This document shows positions 19,869-27,981 of a stretch of 64,000 nt of DNA, piece by piece. This DNA comes from an uncultured bacterium (GTDB lineage Bacteria; Krumholzibacteriota; Krumholzibacteriia; LZORAL124-64-63). Position 1 is the stretch's first letter, and the number at the start of each line of letters is the position of its first letter. The DNA is taken from contig CAVSZB010000007.1 in assembly GCA_963732385.1 (NCBI GenBank), positions 992,001-1,056,000 on the forward strand, in the 5' to 3' direction. A program made the translations under genes and the position numbers. Under the pieces are notes generated by a model. It saw only the letters and a list, made by a program, of their open reading frames with translations, was not told where the DNA came from and ran no database searches.

Positions 19869-20780
19869 CTAGGCCGCGGGCAACAACAACTTCCCCGCGC
19901 GGGCCGGTGCCGCGGCGGGCAGGAGGAAATCGGCCACGACGGGGAAATGGTCGGACGGCCTGGCCTTTTCGTGGCCGAAGAACCGGTCGAAGTCGACCCG
20001 CTCGACCCGCCCCACCTCGAGCCGGGGCCGGTAGAGCACATAATCGATGCGGCGAGCGCCGAGCAGGGCCCGCTTGACGCCGCGGAGCGACCCGAGGCCG
20101 CGGAAGGTGGCGGCCGCCTCCGGCGCGAGCGAATTGCCCGCCCGCCAGGCGTCGTGCAGCGCCGTGTCGCGCCGAGCGCCGTCGGCCAGCGTGAGCAGTT
20201 CGGGCGAGTTGGCCACGGCATTGAAGTCGCCGGTGAGGAAGAGGGGCGTGTCGTCGCCGAGCTGTCGCACCCGCGCCGTCACATAGTCGCGCAAAGCCAG
20301 CGCGCTGCGTCGTCGCGCCAGCCCGCTGAAGGCCTCGAGATGGGTGGTGCCCATCACGAACGGCTGACCCCCGCCCAGCAGCTCGAAGGTCTGCCAGGTG
20401 GCCACCCGCGGGCGCGTGCCGGGCGCAAAGCGTGAGGCCGGCACCCCCGGCGTCGGCGAGAGCCACCAGGTATCGGACTCATCCTCGGCCGGGCGGACAC
20501 GATCCCGGCGGTAGAAGATGGCGCAGTACCAGTTGTGGACACTGTCGGAAAGATCAGTCCTCGACAGGTTGCCTTCCCCGACGAAGTCGTACTCCGGAAG
20601 CAGCTCCGCCAGCTCGATCAACTGGGCCAGGTTCGCCTCCTGGGTGCCTACGACATCCGGCGCGTACTCACGGAAGATGCGCGCCACGCTGCGCTTGCGC
20701 AGTCGCCAGGGATGGCTCCGCCTCAGCTGCGTGGATGTGAGCAGATTGAATGTCATGACGCGCAGGGTTGCAGAGTGCAA
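19869..20780 (-). CDS. Endonuclease/exonuclease/phosphatase family protein
   Basis: VMTFN, GTQE, TTHL, LTGDFN, RIDYV, SDHFPV. Confidence 0.92.
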   Translation of the reverse strand: MHSATLRVMTFNLLTSTQLRRSHPWRLRKRSVARIFREYAPDVVGTQEANLAQLIELAELLPEYDFVGEGNLSRTDLSDSVHNWYCAIFYRRDRVRPAEDESDTWWLSPTPGVPASRFAPGTRPRVATWQTFELLGGGQPFVMGTTHLEAFSGLARRRSALALRDYVTARVRQLGDDTPLFLTGDFNAVANSPELLTLADGARRDTALHDAWRAGNSLAPEAAATFRGLGSLRGVKRALLGARRIDYVLYRPRLEVGRVERVDFDRFFGHEKARPSDHFPVVADFLLPAAAPARAGKLLLPAA

Positions 20781-20978
20781 GGTCCTCGAATCTCCAGGCG
20801 AGTGCCAGGGAGCGCGTGTCGCCCCCGGCCAGGTGGTAGCCAGTCGTTACAATTTCGCGCCCTCGGGCGGCATCCGCAAGGCGCGCGGACCCGGATCGGG
20901 AAGCATGCGCCACGGTGCAGCCGCGTGATTGCATAAAACGGGCCGCGCTCCGGAAAGTTTCAAGTATTGTAATTTATT

Positions 20979-21563
20979 TTAAGGCAATGATTTACGGCGA
21001 CGACTCGCCTGATTGAACAGCTCCAGCTGCGGAGGATGCAATGGCAGCCCGGCGCGTTGCAGGACGGCGGCGATCCAGTGGTCGCGATCGCGCGGCGCGA
21101 GGGCGAGACGGGGAAAGCCGAATTCGTCGAGCAGCCGGTCGATCAGCTGGTCGATCGCACCCTGGAAGTCCACGGAGGTGTCGCGCGTGCCGTCGAACGA
21201 CGGGGGGGCGATGACCGGCACCTTCACGAGCAGTGTGTAGCTCGACATCCAGGCGCGCAGGAACGGTTCGAGGTCGGGCCGTCGGCCGGCGGCATGGACC
21301 ATGTAGGCGTAATTGTCCACGACCGAACGATCGCACACGACCGCTTCGTAGCGGCTGGCGACCTCGATCTCGCGCGCCACCTGGGAGTGCAGGATCCACG
21401 ACTGGGCGGCGATCGTCGTGTCACGGTTGATCGGCAGCGGGCAGGCGCGGGCCACCTCCTTGACGATGTCGACGCTCAGATCGAGCCGCTTGAGACAGGC
21501 GGCCAGCTCGAAACAGAGCGTCGTCTTGCCGACGCCGTGGGTGCCGATAAACGCGATCTTCAT
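20979..21563 (-). CDS. P-loop ATPase/kinase (AAA_28, NadR-like)
   Basis: KIAFIGTHGVGKTT Walker A, EVAR, VCDRSVVD. Confidence 0.85.
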   Translation of the reverse strand: MKIAFIGTHGVGKTTLCFELAACLKRLDLSVDIVKEVARACPLPINRDTTIAAQSWILHSQVAREIEVASRYEAVVCDRSVVDNYAYMVHAAGRRPDLEPFLRAWMSSYTLLVKVPVIAPPSFDGTRDTSVDFQGAIDQLIDRLLDEFGFPRLALAPRDRDHWIAAVLQRAGLPLHPPQLELFNQASRRRKSLP

Positions 21564-21644
21564 GACGCGGGAGGATAGGGTGCCGGACCGGCCAAGTCCA
21601 GCGCCGCCTGCGCGGCGGCAGAAGAGCGAACACAGCTCCCGGAC

Positions 21645-21657
21645 GATTTGCTATACT
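21645..21657 (+). promoter_or_regulatory. Putative extended -10 promoter (GATTTGCTATACT)
   Basis: TGn-TATACT in the divergent intergenic region upstream of the M14 gene. Confidence 0.5.
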
Positions 21658-21794
21658 GGAGGCTTCGAAAGGCCGTTCCGCTTGGGCCATGTAAGACCGT
21701 CGCGTCTTCCACCGGCGGTCGGCCGGCAACGCCGCCGAGCCCCTGGGTCCCTGCGGCGGCTTTTGGTGCGCTCATCACAGCAGGAAGGATCAGC

Positions 21795-24437
21795 ATGTCT
21801 CGCCGCAATTCTTCTGCCGCGGCTGCCGTCACCGTGGGACTCGTCGTCATCCTGCTCGCCACGCTCCTGCCGGGCGCCATCGCCGCCGCTGTGCTCCCGA
21901 TCCCGCATCACGATCTGGTCGTCGTGGAAGCTCCTGGCGGGACCCTCGCCGCGCTGGCAGCCGCCGGCTACGACATCGTCGGCGGCAAACCGGGCTTCGA
22001 GGCGAAAATCCTCGCCACTCCCGCCGAGCAGGCGCGCCTGACCGCCGACGGCTACCGCTTCGTGGTGGAGCAGCAGGACCTGGAGTCGTTCTACGCCGCC
22101 CGCGGCGGCAAGGGAATCGGCTTCGGCGCCTTCCATACCTATTCCGAGACCATGGACCAGCTCGACGCACTGCACGCCGCCTACCCGACCGTCACGACTG
22201 CGAAGTACGCGATCGGCACCACGAGCGAGGGACGCACGGTCTGGGCACTGAAGGTAAGTGACAACCCCGATGTCGACGAGAGCGAGCCGGAGGTGCTGTT
22301 CGACGCCCTGCACCACGCGCGCGAACCGATGTCGACCGAGGCCTGCCTGCTGCTGATCGAGTACCTCGGCGCCAACTACGCGACCGACCCCTACGTGCGC
22401 TGGCTCGTCGACGAGCGCGAGATCTACTTCGTGCCGATCGTCAACCCGGACGGTTACGTCTACAACGAGCTCACCTACCCCGACGGCGGCGGCATGTGGC
22501 GCAAAAATCGACGCGACAACGGCGACGGCTCCTTCGGCGTGGACCCGAACCGGAACTATCCGTACGAGTGGATCGGCCCGGGATCCAGCGACGATCCCTC
22601 AAACGACCTCTATCGCGGCCCCTACGCCGGCAGCGAGCCGGAAGTACAGGCCCTGATGAACCTGTCGCTCACGCATCAGTTCCAGACCGCGCAGAGCTTC
22701 CACACCTACAGCGACTACGTGCTGATACCGTGGGGCTTCACGCTCGATCACACGCCCGACGACGCCATCCTGCGCGACGTCGCCAACACCATGGCCGCCA
22801 CGAACGGCTACACGGTCGGCCAGGCGCCCGAGATCCTCTACGTGGTGAACGGCAGCGCGACCGACTGGCAGTACGGCGAGCAGGCGGTCAAGGGGAAGAT
22901 TTTCGCCTTCTCCAACGAGATCGGCAACGACACCGACGGCTTCTGGCCGCTCGACACCCGGATCCCCCAGCTGTTCCAGGACAACCTCCCGGGAGCTCTC
23001 CACCTGATCGAGGTGGCCGGCCCCTCCCTTTTCGTGCGCAACCTGGCCGTGACCGGCGGCGACGGCAACGGCCGCCTGGACTCCGGCGAGAGCGCCGGCC
23101 TCGCCTTCGACGCGCTCAACGGCGCGGTGATGATGAACGCGGACGACGTGACGGTCACCCTGCTCAGCGACGACCCCTACCTGCAACTGGGCGAGGCGCA
23201 GCGCCTGCTCGGCACGCTGGGTCCCCGTACGACCTGGAGCTGCGCCGCGCAGCCCTTCCAAATGACCGTGGACGCGGCCTGTCCGGCCCAATACGTCATG
23301 CCGCTGATCCTGCGCTTCGCCTGGACCGGCGGCGCGAAGGATGTGGCGGTGAATCTGCCGGTGGGGGCGCCGACCGTGCTGGTCGCCGACGACCTGGAGA
23401 ACGGCACGCTGCTCTGGAAGCTTACCGCGCCGTGGGGCCTGACCACGGCCGACAGCCATTCCCCCACCCACTCGCTCACCGATAGTCCCTCGGGCTCTTA
23501 CGCGAACAATTCCAGCCGTTCGGCGCAGCTGCTCAACCCGCTGGACCTCACGGGAATCGGCCTGCCGACCCTGGCCTTCTGGACGCGGTACGTCACCGAG
23601 GCCGGGTATGATTTCTGCCTCGTCGAAGCCTCCACCGACGGCGTCTCCTGGCAGACGCTGGCCAGCTACAACGGATCGCAGACCGCCTGGGTGCAGAAGA
23701 TCATCCCGCTCGACGCCTATGCGGGGCAGACGCAGTTGCGTCTGCGCTTCCGACTCAAGAGCGACGGCTCCGTTACGGACGACGGCTGGTACCTCGACGA
23801 TGTGGTCATATCGGGGTACCCGGTTCCGGCCGACGCCGCCCCGACGGCTCCGGTGGAGATCGCACCGGTGGACGGCGTCACCGTGACAACCCCTGTGTTC
23901 ACGGTGCTCAACGCCACCGACCCCGACGGCCCGGCTCCGCTGACGTACGGGCTGCGCATCTACAGCGACCCGCTCTTCACCCTGCCGGTGCTCACACAGA
24001 CCGGTCAGGCGGAGGGAGTCGGCCAGACGATCTGGAGCCTGCCGGCCGACGCGCTCGAAGGCGGCACCTGGTACTGGCGCGCCTGGGCCGACGACTCGAT
24101 CCTGCGCGGGCCGCTCAGTTCCGGCGCAGCGTTCGTCCTCGACACGCAGACCGGCGTCGATGACGGCGCCCGCCGCTCCTTCCTCGCCGCGACGCCGACC
24201 GGCGGCGGCATCTCCTTCCGCTTCACGGTGCCGCGCGCCGGCCGCGCCACGCTTACCCTCTACAACCTGCGCGGCGAACGGGTGGCGGTCGTCTTCGCGG
24301 GCGAGATCGCCGGCGAAACGACGACGATCTGGAATCAGCGCGACACGGCCGGAGCTGCAGTCGCCTCCGGTCTCTACCTGGCCCGCCTGAGCGGACCCGG
24401 CACGGAACTCTCGCTCAAGCTGCTCGTGGTGCGCTGA
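21795..24437 (+). CDS. Secreted M14 zinc carboxypeptidase with beta-sandwich domains and C-terminal FlgD-Ig-like domain
   Basis: Signal peptide; HHARE, NPDGY, WRKNR, GVDPNRNY, SEPE, SFHTYS; C-terminal LYNLRGERV...WNQRDTAGAAVASGLYLARL. Confidence 0.92.
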   Translation: MSRRNSSAAAAVTVGLVVILLATLLPGAIAAAVLPIPHHDLVVVEAPGGTLAALAAAGYDIVGGKPGFEAKILATPAEQARLTADGYRFVVEQQDLESFYAARGGKGIGFGAFHTYSETMDQLDALHAAYPTVTTAKYAIGTTSEGRTVWALKVSDNPDVDESEPEVLFDALHHAREPMSTEACLLLIEYLGANYATDPYVRWLVDEREIYFVPIVNPDGYVYNELTYPDGGGMWRKNRRDNGDGSFGVDPNRNYPYEWIGPGSSDDPSNDLYRGPYAGSEPEVQALMNLSLTHQFQTAQSFHTYSDYVLIPWGFTLDHTPDDAILRDVANTMAATNGYTVGQAPEILYVVNGSATDWQYGEQAVKGKIFAFSNEIGNDTDGFWPLDTRIPQLFQDNLPGALHLIEVAGPSLFVRNLAVTGGDGNGRLDSGESAGLAFDALNGAVMMNADDVTVTLLSDDPYLQLGEAQRLLGTLGPRTTWSCAAQPFQMTVDAACPAQYVMPLILRFAWTGGAKDVAVNLPVGAPTVLVADDLENGTLLWKLTAPWGLTTADSHSPTHSLTDSPSGSYANNSSRSAQLLNPLDLTGIGLPTLAFWTRYVTEAGYDFCLVEASTDGVSWQTLASYNGSQTAWVQKIIPLDAYAGQTQLRLRFRLKSDGSVTDDGWYLDDVVISGYPVPADAAPTAPVEIAPVDGVTVTTPVFTVLNATDPDGPAPLTYGLRIYSDPLFTLPVLTQTGQAEGVGQTIWSLPADALEGGTWYWRAWADDSILRGPLSSGAAFVLDTQTGVDDGARRSFLAATPTGGGISFRFTVPRAGRATLTLYNLRGERVAVVFAGEIAGETTTIWNQRDTAGAAVASGLYLARLSGPGTELSLKLLVVR

Positions 24438-24463
24438 CCGGCGATGCTGCCGGCCCCTCTCGC

Positions 24464-24494
24464 GGCCCGCCGCCTTCAGGGCGGCGGGCCTTTT
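24464..24494 (+). terminator. Rho-independent terminator
   Basis: GGCCCGCCGCC-TTCAG-GGCGGCGGGCC (11-bp stem) followed by TTTT, just after the M14 stop. Confidence 0.85.
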
Positions 24495-24538
24495 GCGTGA
24501 CGGCCGTCCGCGCGCTCCCTATCCTCGCTCCTGCCCCC

Positions 24539-24568
24539 TGTAAACGGCGGCGCTCCATCCAGCGTCTT
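24539..24568 (+). promoter_or_regulatory. Putative ECF sigma promoter TGTAAAC-N17-CGTCTT
   Basis: AAC...CGT pattern with 17-nt spacing, 30 nt upstream of the ECF sigma start. Confidence 0.6.
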
Positions 24569-24597
24569 CAGTGTCAGTCCGGAAGGAGGCGACGGTG

Positions 24598-25188
24598 ATG
24601 ACAGAATCCGCACATCGACAGGACGGGGAACTGGCCCGCCGGGCGGCCGCCGGCGATGAGCGGGCCTGGCGCGCGATCTACGACGCGACGTGCCAGCCGC
24701 TCTTCAACTTCCTGTGCTGGCAGCTGGGCGACCGCGAAGCGGCCCGCGACGCGCTGCAGGAGACCTACCTCGCCGCGTACCGCCAGCTCGGCGGCTACCG
24801 CGGCGAAGGCAGCCTGCTTGGCTGGTTGCGGGCCATCGCGCTGCGCAAGGGGTTCGACTGGAAGCGGGCGTTCTGGCGGCGTCTGCGCCTGCGGGAACGG
24901 CTGGCCGGCGAGCCGGTCGCCGCGGTGCTCCCGCGCGAGGAGATCGTCCTCGACGCGGAGCGGGCGGCGCTGTGGCGGGCGATCGGCGCCCTGTCACCGC
25001 AACAGCGGGCGGCCCTCCTCCTCCACGAAATGGAGGAGTTGCCGGTCGCCGAGGTGGCGATGGCGCTCGGTTGCGCCGAAACCACGACGCGGGTCCACCT
25101 GCACCGGGCCCGCGAACGCATGCAGCGGCTGCTCCGCACGGACGAGCCGGTTTCCGTCGTCGAGGAAATGGGAGGGCAGCAGACATGA
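24598..25188 (+). CDS. ECF sigma-70 family RNA polymerase sigma factor
   Basis: Region 2 (AARDALQETY...WLRAIA) and region 4 (LSPQQR...EVAMALG...TRVHLHRAR); GGAGG RBS. Confidence 0.92.
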   Translation: MTESAHRQDGELARRAAAGDERAWRAIYDATCQPLFNFLCWQLGDREAARDALQETYLAAYRQLGGYRGEGSLLGWLRAIALRKGFDWKRAFWRRLRLRERLAGEPVAAVLPREEIVLDAERAALWRAIGALSPQQRAALLLHEMEELPVAEVAMALGCAETTTRVHLHRARERMQRLLRTDEPVSVVEEMGGQQT

Positions 25189-27359
25189 AGCACGATTTCG
25201 ACCGCAACGGCTTCCGCCTCACCGACCGCGAGCGCGCGGAGCTCTGGCAGCAGATCGACCCGTCGGCCCGCCGGCGCGCCGCCTGGCGGCCGCGTCTCGT
25301 CCCGGCGCTGGCCACCGGAGCCGTGGCCCTGGCCGCCATCGCCCTGGTGATGATGAATTTCCCGCGCCGCGGCACGGACCTGCCCGCGCCGCCCGCCACG
25401 CCGTCCATCACGCGCATCGTCGCGCAGTCCGCGGCCCCGGCGGCGCCGCCGCAGAGCGTCACCGTCGTCCCTTCGGCGGAGAGCCGCCGGGAGTCCGCGG
25501 GCGACGCGCCAGGGATAGCGGAAGCGACCCGGATCGCCGACGACGACCGTGTCGCCTCTGACCGTCAGGCCCCGCCCGATATCGCGGACGCCGCCCGCCA
25601 GACCCCGGTCGTCAACGCCGTCCAGGAGCAGCGGATCACCGGGGAGCGTCGGATGAAGTATTCCATCGACTCCGTCGAGGAGACTGTGGCCAAGCAATCC
25701 GGCGCGTCCGGGAGCGGCAAGAAGATGTTCACGCGCGGCGGCCGCACGGGCGAGGTCAGTATGCACGTGGGCGATACGCCCGCGGACAAGTCGCGCAACG
25801 AAAGCTCCGGCGGGCTCACGCTGAGCCCCGGCGAGGCGCCGCCGGCCGCTCCGCGCGGCGGGCGTCCCGTCGCTGACGAGGAGCACGACTTCCGCACGCG
25901 CTGCTGGATCCCTCCCCAGGATCCGGCGTTCGACGCGATGTCCTTCCGGCACTCCGGCGTCAATCCGTTCGTGGTCACCGACGCGGACCCGCTGTCGACC
26001 TTCGCGCTCGATGTGGACAACGCCTCTTACACGCTGACGCGCGCCTACCTCGAGCGGGGCGAGCTGCCGCCCGCGGCGGCCGTCCGGGTGGAGGAGTGCG
26101 TCAACTTCTTCGCGCAGGACTACCCCGCGCCCGACGGAGGCGACTTCCGGATCGCGGTCGACGGCGCCCCCTCCCCCTTCGGTGAGGGGTACGAACTGCT
26201 GCGGATCGGCCTGCGCGCGCGCGACGTGTTGCCGGCGGCGCGCCGGCCGGCCGCGCTCACCTTCGTGATCGACGTATCAGGCTCGATGCGCCGCGAGGGG
26301 AGGCTGGAGCTGGTCAAGAGCGCCCTGCGGGTGCTGTTCGACGAGCTCGACGCGGACGACACGGTCGGCATCGTCACCTACGCGACCCACGCGGAGGTGG
26401 CGCTGCCGCCGACCCCGGTCTCCCGGCGATCGCGTATCGAAGGCGTCATCGCCAGGCTCGAGCCCCGGAACTCCACGAACGTCAACGAGGGTCTCGAGTA
26501 CGGCTATCGCATGGCGCGCGAAAGCTTCCGGACCGGCGCCGTCAACCGGATCGTCCTCTGCTCGGACGGCGTGGCCAACGAAGCGATCACGGTGGCCGAG
26601 GGGATCCTCGACGACGTGCGCCGCGAGGCCGACGCGGGGATCCACCTGACGGCGATCGGGGTCGGGATGGGCAACTACAACGACGTCCTGCTCGAGCAGC
26701 TCGCCGACCGGGGCGACGGCAACTACTTCTACGTGGACGACCTCGACGAGGCGCGCCGGGTCTTCCGCCGCAACCTCACCGGCACGCTGCAGACCGTGGC
26801 GCGCGACGCCAAGGTGCAGGTCGAGTTCGATCCCGACGTCGTGCTGCGCTGGCGGCTGCTCGGCTACGAGAACCGTGACGTGGCCGACCGCGACTTCCGC
26901 AACGACGCGGTAGATGCCGGCGAGATCGGCGCCGGGCACCAGGTCACGGCGCTCTACGAGATCAAGTGGACGCCCGTTGGCGCGCGACGGTCCGCACAGC
27001 GGCGCGGCGCCGGCGCGGCGCTGGGGGTCGTCCGGCTGCGCTACCGCGAGCCGGAGAGCGAGGGGCGGCAGGCCGGTCTGGCGCGGGAACTGAGCCGCCG
27101 CATCACGCCGCGCGATCTCAGCCGTTCCTTCGGCGCGGCCGATCCGCGCCTGCGGTTGGACGCCGCGGTGGCGGAGTTCGCCGAGATCCTGCGCGGCAGC
27201 CCGTGGGCCAGGGGCGGCGACCTGGATCGCGTGGCGCGTCTCGCGGCGGAGGTGGCGGACGAACTGCCGCGCGACGACGCGGTGGCGGAATTCGCCCGCC
27301 TCGCCCGCACGGCGGCCCGGCTGCGGGGGGCCGACGACGCCGGGGAGGAACGGGAATAG
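25185..27359 (+). CDS. Membrane-anchored YfbK-like von Willebrand factor A protein (candidate anti-sigma)
   Basis: ATGA overlap with sigma gene; one N-terminal TM helix; STFALDVDNASY, VRVEECVN, MIDAS DVSGSM, RLLGYENR...DAGEIGAGHQVTALYE. Confidence 0.88.
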   Translation: MKHDFDRNGFRLTDRERAELWQQIDPSARRRAAWRPRLVPALATGAVALAAIALVMMNFPRRGTDLPAPPATPSITRIVAQSAAPAAPPQSVTVVPSAESRRESAGDAPGIAEATRIADDDRVASDRQAPPDIADAARQTPVVNAVQEQRITGERRMKYSIDSVEETVAKQSGASGSGKKMFTRGGRTGEVSMHVGDTPADKSRNESSGGLTLSPGEAPPAAPRGGRPVADEEHDFRTRCWIPPQDPAFDAMSFRHSGVNPFVVTDADPLSTFALDVDNASYTLTRAYLERGELPPAAAVRVEECVNFFAQDYPAPDGGDFRIAVDGAPSPFGEGYELLRIGLRARDVLPAARRPAALTFVIDVSGSMRREGRLELVKSALRVLFDELDADDTVGIVTYATHAEVALPPTPVSRRSRIEGVIARLEPRNSTNVNEGLEYGYRMARESFRTGAVNRIVLCSDGVANEAITVAEGILDDVRREADAGIHLTAIGVGMGNYNDVLLEQLADRGDGNYFYVDDLDEARRVFRRNLTGTLQTVARDAKVQVEFDPDVVLRWRLLGYENRDVADRDFRNDAVDAGEIGAGHQVTALYEIKWTPVGARRSAQRRGAGAALGVVRLRYREPESEGRQAGLARELSRRITPRDLSRSFGAADPRLRLDAAVAEFAEILRGSPWARGGDLDRVARLAAEVADELPRDDAVAEFARLARTAARLRGADDAGEERE

Positions 27360-27377
27360 ACCCCGACCGCCGCCGAC

Positions 27378-27426
27378 CGACGCACCGCCGCCCCGCGCCC
27401 GGTCAGCGCGGGGCGGCGGTGTGTCG
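27378..27426. terminator. Long GC-rich hairpin between convergent genes
   Basis: CACCGCCGCCCCGCGC (27383-27398) pairs perfectly with 27406-27421 and can be extended; no U tract. Confidence 0.55.
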
Positions 27427-27450
27427 CGCGACGGCGCCGGGGCCGCCCGC

Positions 27451-27951
27451 TCAGTAGCGCATGATCACGCGCAGTTCCCGCAGCGAATCGGCCAGGGCAA
27501 AGCGCGCCTTGGCGAACTGCGGCGGTCCCATGCGGGTGTGGTTGTTCGACACGCCGCCCCCCTCCTTCGGCTTCGGAAAAGGGAAGGTGCGCATGTCGAA
27601 TTTGCCGTTTCCGTTCTTGTCGTGGAAGACCTGCAGGGCGTAGATCGTGTCGAACGGCACCGACACGAAGCGCACCTGCACGCTGTCGGGCCGCACCGGC
27701 ACGACCAGGCGCGCGAAAGCCTGATCCGGCTTGAGCCAGCCCTGCGGGCCGCGGAAGAGGGCGAACAGCAGACTCCCTCCCTGGTCGCCCCGCACGCCAA
27801 CCGCCGTGACCACGATCTGGCCGTCCGGCGGGAGCGGCGCGGCCACGGCAATGAGTTCGTCCTGCCCCTGCGCCTCCTGCGCCGTGACCGGCGCGGCCAC
27901 GACGACCAGAGCCAGCAGGCACGGCAGCAGACCCGGCTTGATGTCCTTCAT
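27451..27951 (-). CDS. DUF2141-like exported protein
   Basis: Signal peptide; YALQVFHDKNGNGKFD...PKEGGGVSNN...GPPQF. Confidence 0.82.
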   Translation of the reverse strand: MKDIKPGLLPCLLALVVVAAPVTAQEAQGQDELIAVAAPLPPDGQIVVTAVGVRGDQGGSLLFALFRGPQGWLKPDQAFARLVVPVRPDSVQVRFVSVPFDTIYALQVFHDKNGNGKFDMRTFPFPKPKEGGGVSNNHTRMGPPQFAKARFALADSLRELRVIMRY

Positions 27952-27981
27952 GCCCCCCCTTTTCGGCGCCGACGCGCCAGA

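Noticed and set aside
20793..20807. TGGCAC upstream of the EEP gene as a sigma54 promoter
   Set aside because: The -12 position reads TGGA instead of TTGC.
20957..20984. Possible dif site (TGTAAT spacer plus TTATTTTAAGG resembling a XerD arm)
   Set aside because: Only 8/11 match to the E. coli XerD arm, and the left arm lacks the conserved inner ATAA.
19869..21563. EEP nuclease plus P-loop ATPase as an anti-phage defence pair
   Set aside because: Separated by about 200 nt, both families are widespread, and there is no defence-island or mobile context.
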